In this document: positions 11,306 through 19,608 of the stretch, in pieces
Layout of the letters: every line of letters starts with the position of its first letter
Position numbering within the stretch: position 1 is the stretch's first letter
Source: Pasteurella multocida
GTDB lineage: Bacteria > Pseudomonadota > Gammaproteobacteria > Enterobacterales > Pasteurellaceae
NCBI RefSeq assembly: GCF_900187275.1
Contig: NZ_LT906458.1
Span: 60,001-92,000, forward strand
Length of the DNA: 32,000 nucleotides
Direction of reading: 5' to 3'
Made by a program: the position numbers and the translations under genes
Notes under the pieces: generated by a model
What the model saw: the letters and a program-made list of their open reading frames with translations, nothing else
What the model was told of the DNA's origin: nothing
Databases searched by the model: none

Positions 11306-11678
11306 TACGAATGCTTTTTCATATCTTACTCAGTTAAATCCCCTTCTCAGACAGTCTTGTTTTTAAAAAATCTATCACACTTTTATCATTAAAAAGAGTA
11401 GATATTTAGTGATAATTTACGCAATAAAAAAGTTTTGTTATTTATCGATATAGACAATAATTCACTGCTAACTTCAATGTACATTGAGATGTAATATAGT
11501 CAGTTTTGGTGAGATACAGTTTAGTTAAGATGGGAGGAGGCAGAGCTCCACAGTGTGAGCGTGTATGCTGGGGAGGAGCTCATCCATGGCATTCAGAAAA
11601 TTAGTGTGAAGATTAAGCTTGGATATGCATTTATATAACTACAAGCGTTTATTAACTTTTGAAGTTATATGCTTATTT
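11306..11678 (+). repeat. Imperfect direct repeat, copy A of the receptor upstream region
   Basis: Shares ordered blocks with copy B: 'gatatttagtgataatttacgcaataaaaaa' vs 'aatatcatcatgataatttacgcagtaaaaaa'; 'atcgatatagacaataatt' vs 'atcgatatatagacaataatt'; 'agtcagttttggt' vs 'agtcagctttaggt'; 'tttattaactttt' vs 'tttattaacttta'. Confidence 0.75.
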
Positions 11679-11840
11679 ATGAATAAATTTCGTATTTATC
11701 ACTTTGTGTTATTTTGGGACTTTATAGCCAAATACCCATTACACAAAATAATTTAACTAATACAAGCAATCATATTGAACTTGACACGATACATGTTGAT
11801 GCACTTGCTAAGAACAGACAGGGTACTCCTTCTATGATGC
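11679..11840 (+). pseudogene. Decayed 5' remnant of a ZnuD-like TonB-dependent receptor
   Basis: ATGAATAAATTTCGTATTTATCACTTTGTGTTATTTTGGGACTTTATAG parallels ATGAGAAAAATTTCGTACTTATCATTGTGTGTTATTTCGGCACTTTATAA of the intact gene. After a frameshift it reads ILGLYSQIPITQNNLTNTSNHIELDTIHVDALAKNRQGTP against ISALYNQLAVAQSPLKNTTEHIELEPIFVNTLIESREGAP. Confidence 0.8.
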
Positions 11841-12161
11841 TAGTTTTTTCACAATTATCTTTTCATCTCTAGTCTAGTTAATGTACTCGTCAAAAATGAG
11901 TCTTCTTCTCTGAATACTCTTCACAAACCACAACATTAGTCCCCTATATCAATAAAGTATTCCAGACATAACCGTTTTTTTAATCAATACTACCGTATAA
12001 TAAACAAGCTATTTTCACTGTAATTAGGATTATTTTTATGAGAAAACGTCAGTACTTCAAATCGCTAGGCGTTGTTCTTTGGAGGAATTCTTGTGATCCC
12101 ATGACTGATTATGTTGATGTACATTTGTAAGGAAAGTATGCTAGAAATTTCTGTAAATTTG

Positions 12162-12170
12162 ACCGCACTT
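12162..12170 (-). repeat. Pasteurellaceae DNA uptake signal 9-mer
   Basis: ACCGCACTT on + strand (AAGTGCGGT on - strand). Confidence 0.8.
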
Positions 12171-12186
12171 TTTGACGGAGAACAAA

Positions 12187-13212
12187 ATGACGTTAATTGA
12201 AAAGCTAAAAAAGATTGAAGACTATGTTTTACAACATTGCCAATATCGTTTTTATTTCGCCAAATCACTATTTGGTATGGCGTTAAGGGCACAATATTAT
12301 TATTACCCTGAAGATATTTCAGAAGCGACGAAAAATTTGGCTAATCATTTTTTAACGCAAGCAGGCTATGAAGATTTTTATACGCCGCTTGAAGCGCTGA
12401 TGAGCAAAGCGAATATCACGCCACCTAGTCCTGCGGAGATGATTGAGGGAGGAAATTGGCGATTTTTTGCGATTAAATTCAATTTTTTTTCTCCGCTAAA
12501 TCCAGCATTGAAAAAATACTATAATACAGAATATGTCACTTTTATTTGCATACCTTGCCAAGATCATGAAGGTCAGGATAGTATGGAATTGCTTTATACC
12601 TCACCGACAACGGGCAATCTGTTTAAAGAAATGGGCAATAGCCAATTACTTGATCCAAACTGTGAAGTTGATCAAGCTTATCTTCAATTACTTGAAGAAG
12701 CTGTCGATTTTATGTGCGAAAAATTAGATATTGATGCACCAGAACCAACTGACATTACAGAAGCGTTGCATGACTTCACTACTTTATTAAATATTCATGA
12801 TAAAGAGGAATTTATAAAACGTTATCAACAAATTCAAGAGGCGCCTGAAAAATGCTTACTGGATTTAGTAGAACAAGGCTATGCAGAGGAAGACGATAAA
12901 CCTGAATTGGCATTTTTGAGTTATCGTTTTTTATTGCAACCAATGTTAGATTCATTTGATACGGATTGGGGCATTGATAATGAAGAATTAAGCGAATATT
13001 TATCAAACATCATTGGCAAGAAATTCAAATTGCCCCAAAAAGCCCTCGAACCTTATGAAATTGTCGAACGCTTAGAGAAAAAGAGCGACTATACTTTGTT
13101 AAATATTGAAACAGAACAAGATTCATACAGTTTATTTGTCTGTAAACAAAAAGATAAAAAACGTATTTTACAGCTAGCAAGAATGTTAGATTTTGCTATT
13201 GTTCCTTTTTAA
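12187..13212 (+). CDS. Hypothetical acidic protein, unknown function (341-342 aa; track ORF begins at 12172)
   Basis: Long ORF with ggag RBS before ATG at 12187 ([33 protein letters not shown]...); no recognisable motif. Confidence 0.75.
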   Translation: MTLIEKLKKIEDYVLQHCQYRFYFAKSLFGMALRAQYYYYPEDISEATKNLANHFLTQAGYEDFYTPLEALMSKANITPPSPAEMIEGGNWRFFAIKFNFFSPLNPALKKYYNTEYVTFICIPCQDHEGQDSMELLYTSPTTGNLFKEMGNSQLLDPNCEVDQAYLQLLEEAVDFMCEKLDIDAPEPTDITEALHDFTTLLNIHDKEEFIKRYQQIQEAPEKCLLDLVEQGYAEEDDKPELAFLSYRFLLQPMLDSFDTDWGIDNEELSEYLSNIIGKKFKLPQKALEPYEIVERLEKKSDYTLLNIETEQDSYSLFVCKQKDKKRILQLARMLDFAIVPF

Positions 13213-13273
13213 ATAGAAAGAGAGTGATAAACGTCATCTTATTTTTCATATGTTAAAAAGTTGGCTCAAAATG

Positions 13274-13282
13274 ACCGCACTT
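13274..13282 (-). repeat. DNA uptake signal 9-mer
   Basis: ACCGCACTT on + strand. Confidence 0.8.
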
Positions 13283-13288
13283 ACGCTG

Positions 13289-13316
13289 GCACTCGTGTTC
13301 TCATGAGTGCTTTTTC
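13289..13316 (+). terminator. Rho-independent terminator after the hypothetical gene
   Basis: GGCACTCGTG-ttct-CATGAGTGCTTTTTC; nearly identical to the purL terminator. Confidence 0.8.
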
Positions 13317-13712
13317 ATTTTCTCAAGTTAAAGCACCTGTCCCAGATGAGCACTGTCTTTAGGCTGCAGATGAGCGCTGCCGTTAAAAACCTATCAGCCT
13401 TTCTATCGTTAAAAAAAGAGTAAATATCATCATGATAATTTACGCAGTAAAAAAAGACTTGTCATTGATCGATATATAGACAATAATTTAGCGCTAATTT
13501 AAATGTACCGCATAGCTTAACCGAGTCAGCTTTAGGTATCGCGCACGATCCTATTACAACGGACAAGTCGTTATTAGGATGCCACACCTAGCGCGTGTAT
13601 TCCGTACAGTCAGTTACTTATAGCATCTTGCAGACTGACGCAAAGACAGGGCTTGAATGCGTATTTTTAGTAATACATGCCTTTATTAACTTTAAAAATT
13701 AATATGTTTTTT
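13300..13712 (+). repeat. Imperfect direct repeat, copy B; long leader/promoter region of the intact receptor gene
   Basis: Ordered similarity to 11306-11678; TTGTCA...AATAAT promoter-like sequence near 13460-13490; internal inverted repeats. Confidence 0.7.
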
Positions 13713-16106
13713 ATGAGAAAAATTTCGTACTTATCATTGTGTGTTATTTCGGCACTTTATAACCAACTGGCAGTTGCTCAAAGCCCACTAAAAAATACAA
13801 CTGAGCATATTGAACTTGAACCGATCTTTGTAAATACGCTGATTGAGAGCAGAGAAGGTGCGCCACTTAGCGGGCGTTTAATGGCAAGTGAAAAAATTAT
13901 TCCAGCGTATAGCCTTAAACAACGCGGGAGTAATCTTGGTGATGCGTTATCGAGTGAGCTGGGTATTCATGCTAGTCAATTTGGTGGTGGGGCGTCTGCG
14001 CCAGTGATCCGTGGACAAGAAGGTAAGCGGATTAAAGTGCTGAGCAGTGGTAATGAAACCTTGGATATGTCTGCTATGTCGCCTGATCATGCTGTGGCAG
14101 TGGATAGTCTATTAGCTAAAAAAGTTGAAATTTTACGTGGTGCAAATACCTTGTTGTATAGTTCAGGCAATGCGGCAGGTGTAGTCAATGTGGTTGATAA
14201 TAAAATTCCTACCGCCGAGGTTGTCGGAGTTGAGGGCGAAGTCGGCTTAAGAACGGGCAGTGCGGACAATGAACGTCTGGTGAATGTGGCATTAGATGTG
14301 GGATTATCAAAACATTTTGCGTTACACCTTGAAGGTTTGCACAAAAAAGCCGGTGATTATCGCACACCTTCTTATCAGTATCAGGGGAGCACGCATCATA
14401 AATTGGCAAATAGCTTTGTGGATAATCGAAGTGGCAGTGTTGGACTTTCTTGGGTGGGTGATAAAGGTTATTTAGGTGTTGCGTATAGCCAACGTAAAGA
14501 CAAATATGGGTTACCTGCGCATTCACATCTCTACGATGAATATTATATGCATGTTTTATTATCCGATGTACATTGGCGTAAGCCCTATCTAAAACATTAT
14601 CCATTTTTAATGGAAGAAACTGACATTGATTATAATAATCCCGGTATTGATTGTATAAAAAAAGAGTGGCATAGCCATGGGCATCTGTGTAATCACGGTC
14701 ATGCTCATCACGGAAATGGGCAACATAGTCACGATCATCACGCGCATGCCGATCCGCATATTGCGTTAAATACGCAACGTTGGGATTTGCGTGGCGAATG
14801 GAAAAATCCAGTAAAAGGCTTAGATAAAGTCCGTTTTTCGATTGCCAAAGTTGGTTATCGCCACGATGAAAAATCAGGGGCGATCTCAGACAATTCATTT
14901 AAAAATAAAGGCTATTCAGCACGTGTTGAATTCCTCCATCAGCCGATTGCGGGCGTCAGTGGGTTAATTGGTTTAAGTCATGTATATCAAGATAGCTATG
15001 CGTTAGATAATCATACACTTGAATATCGTAAACAAAATCTCCTTTCTGATCATACTACGGCTCAGCAAAGCCTCTTTTTAATGGAGCATGTTGAATTAGG
15101 TAAATGGCAATTTGATATTGGTTGGCGTGTGGAAAAACAACGCATTGCGATGAAATATCATTTTAATGTGCCAAAAGATGAGCGGCCACCGGAAGAACTG
15201 ACTCGACCACATAAATCGAAAGCCTATTCTTATGCTTTATCGGCAAATTATCAATTAAATGAACGACATCAGTTTAATATGATTGTTTCGCATCAAGAAC
15301 GTTTGCCAAATGCGCAAGAGCTATATGCGCATGGAAAACATTTAGCCACCAATTCTTTTGAAGCGGGAAATAAAAATCTGACAAAAGAACGCTCGAATAA
15401 TGTCGAATTAGGTTGGGGGTATACAGGGGAAAAATTAGGGATCAAATTAAGTGGCTACTATCAACAGTTTTCTAACTATATTTATGCCGCCATTTTAAAT
15501 AACAAAACAAGCTGTCCGTGGCGACCTAATTCCCGTTGTTTACGTTCATTAAGCGATGATTATCCATTACGCTTATATCGCTACAATCAAGCGAAAGCAA
15601 AGATTTATGGGCTGGAAGCTGAAGTGAGCTATCAAATTTCCTCAACACACAGTGTGTCCGTTTTTGGTGATTACGTGCGGGGTAAGTTAAAAGACCTTCC
15701 GTCTCTCCCGATTGGATATAAATATATCTATAACGAAAATTATGACATGGTTGGTGTACAACCAACGGGCTGGGAAAAACAACCTGATGGTAATGCACCT
15801 CGTATGTCACCAATGCGTTTAGGCATAAAATGGAATGCGTATTTTGACAACGGCATAAGTTTCAATACGCAGCTTTATCGAGTCTTTGCACAAAACAAAG
15901 TGGCACGACTAGAAACACCAACGAAGGGGCATACCATGTTGAATCTTGGCATGAGTTATGATGGTAAGATGGGCAATAATGAGTATACCTTATTTGCCAA
16001 TGTGAATAATGTGCTAAATAGTAGAGTCTATAATCATACTTCGTTCTTATCCTATATTCCGCAAAGTGGTCTAGGTCTTAATGTGGGAATGAATTTTAAA
16101 TTCTAA
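13713..16106 (+). CDS. znuD: TonB-dependent outer-membrane receptor, ZnuD-like (zinc and/or heme)
   Basis: Signal peptide MRKISYLSLCVISALYNQLAVAQ, plug domain (SNLGDALSSELGIHASQFGGGASAPVIRGQEGKRIKVL), His-rich segment HSHGHLCNHGHAHHGNGQHSHDHHAHADPH, beta-barrel end GLNVGMNFKF; ATG at 13713 likely start. Confidence 0.85.
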   Translation: MRKISYLSLCVISALYNQLAVAQSPLKNTTEHIELEPIFVNTLIESREGAPLSGRLMASEKIIPAYSLKQRGSNLGDALSSELGIHASQFGGGASAPVIRGQEGKRIKVLSSGNETLDMSAMSPDHAVAVDSLLAKKVEILRGANTLLYSSGNAAGVVNVVDNKIPTAEVVGVEGEVGLRTGSADNERLVNVALDVGLSKHFALHLEGLHKKAGDYRTPSYQYQGSTHHKLANSFVDNRSGSVGLSWVGDKGYLGVAYSQRKDKYGLPAHSHLYDEYYMHVLLSDVHWRKPYLKHYPFLMEETDIDYNNPGIDCIKKEWHSHGHLCNHGHAHHGNGQHSHDHHAHADPHIALNTQRWDLRGEWKNPVKGLDKVRFSIAKVGYRHDEKSGAISDNSFKNKGYSARVEFLHQPIAGVSGLIGLSHVYQDSYALDNHTLEYRKQNLLSDHTTAQQSLFLMEHVELGKWQFDIGWRVEKQRIAMKYHFNVPKDERPPEELTRPHKSKAYSYALSANYQLNERHQFNMIVSHQERLPNAQELYAHGKHLATNSFEAGNKNLTKERSNNVELGWGYTGEKLGIKLSGYYQQFSNYIYAAILNNKTSCPWRPNSRCLRSLSDDYPLRLYRYNQAKAKIYGLEAEVSYQISSTHSVSVFGDYVRGKLKDLPSLPIGYKYIYNENYDMVGVQPTGWEKQPDGNAPRMSPMRLGIKWNAYFDNGISFNTQLYRVFAQNKVARLETPTKGHTMLNLGMSYDGKMGNNEYTLFANVNNVLNSRVYNHTSFLSYIPQSGLGLNVGMNFKF

Positions 16107-16181
16107 GGATGAATACGTAAATAAATCGTCTTACTGTAGAGATGTCAAAAACATCGTTTAATTTTAACTAATCTTTCCATG

Positions 16182-16209
16182 GCGCTCGTGTTCCCACGAG
16201 CGCTTTTTT
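16182..16209 (+). terminator. Terminator between convergent receptor and ABC transporter genes
   Basis: GCGCTCGTG-ttcc-CACGAGCGC followed by TTTTTT. Confidence 0.85.
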
Positions 16210-16251
16210 CAGCATTTAAGCGCTGGTCACAGGCGAGCGCTTTCTCATTTT

Positions 16252-16989
16252 TTAAACCCGAAAGAAAATCCCACTTTCATCTTTTTTCTGCAAAATTTGC
16301 CAGCGGTAGACCGCACTTAAGCGTTCGCTTTGCATCACATCTTCTACCTTACCTTGAGCGATAATTTGACCTTGTTGCATTAAAATAATGTGGTCGGCGT
16401 AACTGGCAGCGAGATCTAAATCATGTAATACCATGACGGCATTAAATTGGGTCTTATGCTGTTTTAAAAATTGCATAAGACTTTGTTGGTGACGAATATC
16501 CAAGTGATTACAAGGTTCATCTAATAAAATCACAGGCGCATTTTGCATTAACGCACGTACGATATTGGCGCGTTGCTGTTCACCACCGGAAAGTTGATTG
16601 ATCCGTTTATGGCGTAAATGACTGAGTTCAAATTGATCTAATAATAGTGATAAATGTTGTTGATTCACTTTTCTGGCGGAGAAAAGAGTTGGGTTGAATT
16701 GTCCTAATTTGACATATTCTTCCACACTTAACGGCATACCATAGCGCCCATTTTGTGCCACAAAGGCTAATTTTCCTGCTCTGATTTGTTCTTGCACGGG
16801 GTGTCCGTTGAGGGTGACCTGTGCATTAAAATAGCCTAATAAGGCACGCAATAAGGTGGATTTGCCTGCGCCATTCGGACCAATAATCGCGGTATGTTTG
16901 CCCTGTGGAATGGTTAACTGATCAGTTTGTAAAATTACCCGCTCATTTGCCTTTAGGGATAAGGGGTGTAATTCAAAGAGTGCTTGCAT
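16252..16989 (-). CDS. hmuV: Hemin/iron-type ABC transporter ATP-binding protein
   Basis: Walker A GPNGAGKSTLLRAL, signature LSGGEQQRANIVRALM, Walker B PVILLDEPCNHLD; operon with FecCD permease and periplasmic binding protein. Confidence 0.75.
   Translation of the reverse strand: MQALFELHPLSLKANERVILQTDQLTIPQGKHTAIIGPNGAGKSTLLRALLGYFNAQVTLNGHPVQEQIRAGKLAFVAQNGRYGMPLSVEEYVKLGQFNPTLFSARKVNQQHLSLLLDQFELSHLRHKRINQLSGGEQQRANIVRALMQNAPVILLDEPCNHLDIRHQQSLMQFLKQHKTQFNAVMVLHDLDLAASYADHIILMQQGQIIAQGKVEDVMQSERLSAVYRWQILQKKDESGIFFRV
16311..16319 (-). repeat. DNA uptake signal 9-mer inside hmuV-like CDS
   Basis: ACCGCACTT on + strand. Confidence 0.8.
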
Positions 16990-17000
16990 ACAACGGTTCC

Positions 17001-17945
17001 TTACACTTTACGTTGTGTTGACTGGATAAAGATCCAGAAGAAGAAAGGACCACCAAGTAAGGCAATCACAATGCCCACAGGCAGATCAATGGGATAAGTG
17101 ATAAGACGAGAAGCACTATCCACCGCTAATAAAAATACAGCACCCACCCAAGCGGATAATAAAATCAGTTTACGGCGATGCCCGCCGATGACAGTTGTTA
17201 AAATATTCGGGATCATCATGCCTAAAAAACCAATAATACCAGATAAAGAAACAGCAGCACCGGTTAATAAAGCGGCTGCAATGACAGTTTGTAAGCGGAG
17301 TTTGGATACGGATATACCCATGGTAAAGGCGGTATCTTCACCAAGCATCAAGCAATCAAGCTGGCGACCTAAAATAGCCATCCAAACTAAGCCAATCAAC
17401 ATAATGGCGAAAGGGTAGTAAATAGGGGTAAAGCCGGCTTCTGATAAGCTACCAGCTAACCAAATGGTGGCGCTGCGTAGTACAAGATCATCGGATAAAA
17501 ATAGGATAAGCCCTACCACAGCGGAACAAAAGGCACTGAGGATAAACCCCATGATTAACAAACCCAACGTACCGCCCCCGAATACGTGATGAGCGAATAA
17601 TATCACTAAGCAAACTACTAACGCACCGACAAAGGCGGCAAGAGGTACGCCAATGCCAAGGCTTCCAAATGCCAGTACACAAATGACGCCTAACGCGGCA
17701 CCGCCAGAGGTGCCAATCAAACTGGGATCGGCTAAGGGATTTTCAAATAAGGCTTGCAGCCCGGCACCCGCTGCCGCGAGTGCTGCGCCAACGAGTAAGG
17801 CATTGAGAATACGAGGAATGCGGATATCAAAAACGATGGGAGCAAGGGCGTTTGGTGGCTGCCAACCACCAAAGCCCACGCCAGTTGAAAACCAAATCAG
17901 TAATACGGTTCCCAATATGGCCAAAAAGACAGACAGTTTTTTCAT
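17001..17945 (-). CDS. hmuU: FecCD-family ABC transporter permease
   Basis: FDIRIPRILNALLVGAALAAAGAGLQALFENPLADPSLIGTSGGAALG..., LSGIIGFLGMMIPNILTTVIGGHRRKLI. Confidence 0.78.
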   Translation of the reverse strand: MKKLSVFLAILGTVLLIWFSTGVGFGGWQPPNALAPIVFDIRIPRILNALLVGAALAAAGAGLQALFENPLADPSLIGTSGGAALGVICVLAFGSLGIGVPLAAFVGALVVCLVILFAHHVFGGGTLGLLIMGFILSAFCSAVVGLILFLSDDLVLRSATIWLAGSLSEAGFTPIYYPFAIMLIGLVWMAILGRQLDCLMLGEDTAFTMGISVSKLRLQTVIAAALLTGAAVSLSGIIGFLGMMIPNILTTVIGGHRRKLILLSAWVGAVFLLAVDSASRLITYPIDLPVGIVIALLGGPFFFWIFIQSTQRKV

Positions 17946-17957
17946 TCGGAATGCAGA

Positions 17958-18752
17958 TTACTTCGCTAAATCATGTAAACGTTTTAACACTTCAGGGGTG
18001 TTTAATCCATAACGTAAGTAATCATTAGCAGACCAGAAATAAATATGACCTGATTTTGCCGCTGGGCTATTGGCAATTTCAGGGCGTTCTAATAATTTTT
18101 CTACTCCACCAATCACTTCTTTTTGGTGTTCTGCCACAATAATGACATCTGGTTGTGCCACTAACCAGGCTTCGCGATTAAGTGGCTTAATCCCTTCTAC
18201 ATCTACTGCTGCGTTTACCCCACCTGCGCGACGAATTAATTCATCTGCTGCAGTATGTTTGCCTGCCACTACGCGACCATCATAGGTTAATAAATAACGT
18301 TTGCCTGTGCTTGGTAATGCTTGAATACCGGCTTCCCATTGGCTTGCCACTTGGTTTGCTTTGTCTTGCTTACCGATTAATTGACCCACTTCACGAATCG
18401 CTTTACCAAAGGCATCAATATGATCTTCGGGTAAAACATTGACAGCCTTTACACCAAGTTGCGTCAGATTATCGAAAATCGTTGCAGGCATTGCCATATA
18501 AGAACCTAAGACTAAATCCGGCTTGCTTTGCACAATCGGCTCAACAGCGAGTTTACGATGAATACCAATCACGGCGACTTTTTCTAAGGCAGGGTTCATC
18601 GTAGTTTGATCACGTCCCACAATCTTATCTTGAGCGTCTAATGCCACCACAATGTCAGCCACATCAGGCGTCAAAGTAACAATTTTTTGTGCATAGGCAA
18701 ACGGGGTTAACGCAGATAAAAACAGAAGCGTAAGAAGTTTTTTCATAATCAT
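17958..18752 (-). CDS. hmuT: Hemin-type periplasmic substrate-binding protein
   Basis: Signal peptide MKKLLTLLFLSALTPFAYA; KIVTLTPDVADIVVALDAQDKIVGRDQTT..., HTAADELIRRAGGVNAAVDVEGIKPLNREAWLVAQPDVIIV. Confidence 0.75.
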   Translation of the reverse strand: MIMKKLLTLLFLSALTPFAYAQKIVTLTPDVADIVVALDAQDKIVGRDQTTMNPALEKVAVIGIHRKLAVEPIVQSKPDLVLGSYMAMPATIFDNLTQLGVKAVNVLPEDHIDAFGKAIREVGQLIGKQDKANQVASQWEAGIQALPSTGKRYLLTYDGRVVAGKHTAADELIRRAGGVNAAVDVEGIKPLNREAWLVAQPDVIIVAEHQKEVIGGVEKLLERPEIANSPAAKSGHIYFWSANDYLRYGLNTPEVLKRLHDLAK

Positions 18753-18889
18753 GTCCTATAATATGAGTTTGACTGTTAATTTCAGTGTGTATTTGGTTTC
18801 GCCAGCGATCCGTCAGTCATGACGAGAGTAGGATTGACTCTATCTGAGCGATGTGCATAAACTTCGCCATTCTATACTGTTAACAAAAT

Positions 18890-18908
18890 AATAACAATTA
18901 TCATTATA
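18890..18908 (-). promoter_or_regulatory. Fur-box-like operator overlapping the hmuTUV promoter
   Basis: AATAACAATTATCATTATA matches 14 of 19 positions of GATAATGATAATCATTATC. Confidence 0.6.
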
Positions 18909-19053
18909 AAATTATCTTGTTTTTTCCTTGTGATTATTTGAGGAAAAACGCAATAAAATAGGGGAAAATAAGGCGATAGAACACAAATGAAATGGCGGTG
19001 ATAAGAGCGTAAAAATAGCCAAACAAGGCTGTTTGGCTATATTGTTTAAGGGA

Positions 19054-19608
19054 TTATTTTTGTTGGTATTGCTGTTTTAGTTTTTCTTTTTGTGTTTCCA
19101 TTTCAGCATGTAACTTATCCATTTCATTCAATTTTGCTTCAAGCGAAGCCAAATCTTTTTGCGCTTTTTCAAGTGGATTTGCCGTTGCTTTGACCACGAG
19201 TTCAAGCATATCTATTGCTACACTATGTGCTGCTTTCGTTTTTTCAGCTAAGAGTAATACATCAGCATCTTTCAGCTGTAATCCATCGAGTTCTGCACTG
19301 CTTGTCTGTATTTGAGTCCGTAAATTTGATATTAATGTGTTAATTTCTTCTGGAGATAATTGTTTACCACTTTCTATTTGTGCGACTTTTTGCTGTAAAC
19401 CATCGACTTCTTTATTCATTCTCTGATCGGTCGTGCTTTGCCATGTTTCAAAGGCTTCATAATCTTTGCGGAATTGCTCTTGTGGGGAGAGGGTGATTTC
19501 TGCTTTGGGGGCGGGCTCGGTCGTTTTTGGCGTGTTGCTGGCATTATCACAGGCGATAAGGCTTAAAGCAAAACAGGTAACTAAGCTAAGTTGTGTGATT
19601 TTTTTCAT
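19054..19608 (-). CDS. Putative lipoprotein with coiled-coil-like C-terminal region, unknown function
   Basis: Lipoprotein signal MKKITQLSLVTCFALSLIAC; Lys/Glu/Gln-rich helical repeats. Confidence 0.75.
   Translation of the reverse strand: MKKITQLSLVTCFALSLIACDNASNTPKTTEPAPKAEITLSPQEQFRKDYEAFETWQSTTDQRMNKEVDGLQQKVAQIESGKQLSPEEINTLISNLRTQIQTSSAELDGLQLKDADVLLLAEKTKAAHSVAIDMLELVVKATANPLEKAQKDLASLEAKLNEMDKLHAEMETQKEKLKQQYQQK

Noticed and set aside
12065-12292. 75-aa - strand ORF overlapping the start of the hypothetical gene
   Set aside because: Overlaps the better-supported CDS start and the uptake signal; no recognisable motif.
14209-14898. 229-aa - strand ORF inside the receptor gene
   Set aside because: Antisense shadow of a convincing TonB receptor CDS; its His/Asp/Tyr-rich composition mirrors the His-rich coding strand and no RBS or motif supports it.
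18753-18880. Possible cobalamin-type riboswitch in the hmuT leader
   Set aside because: No recognisable B12-box or other conserved riboswitch core on the - strand; only short local hairpins.
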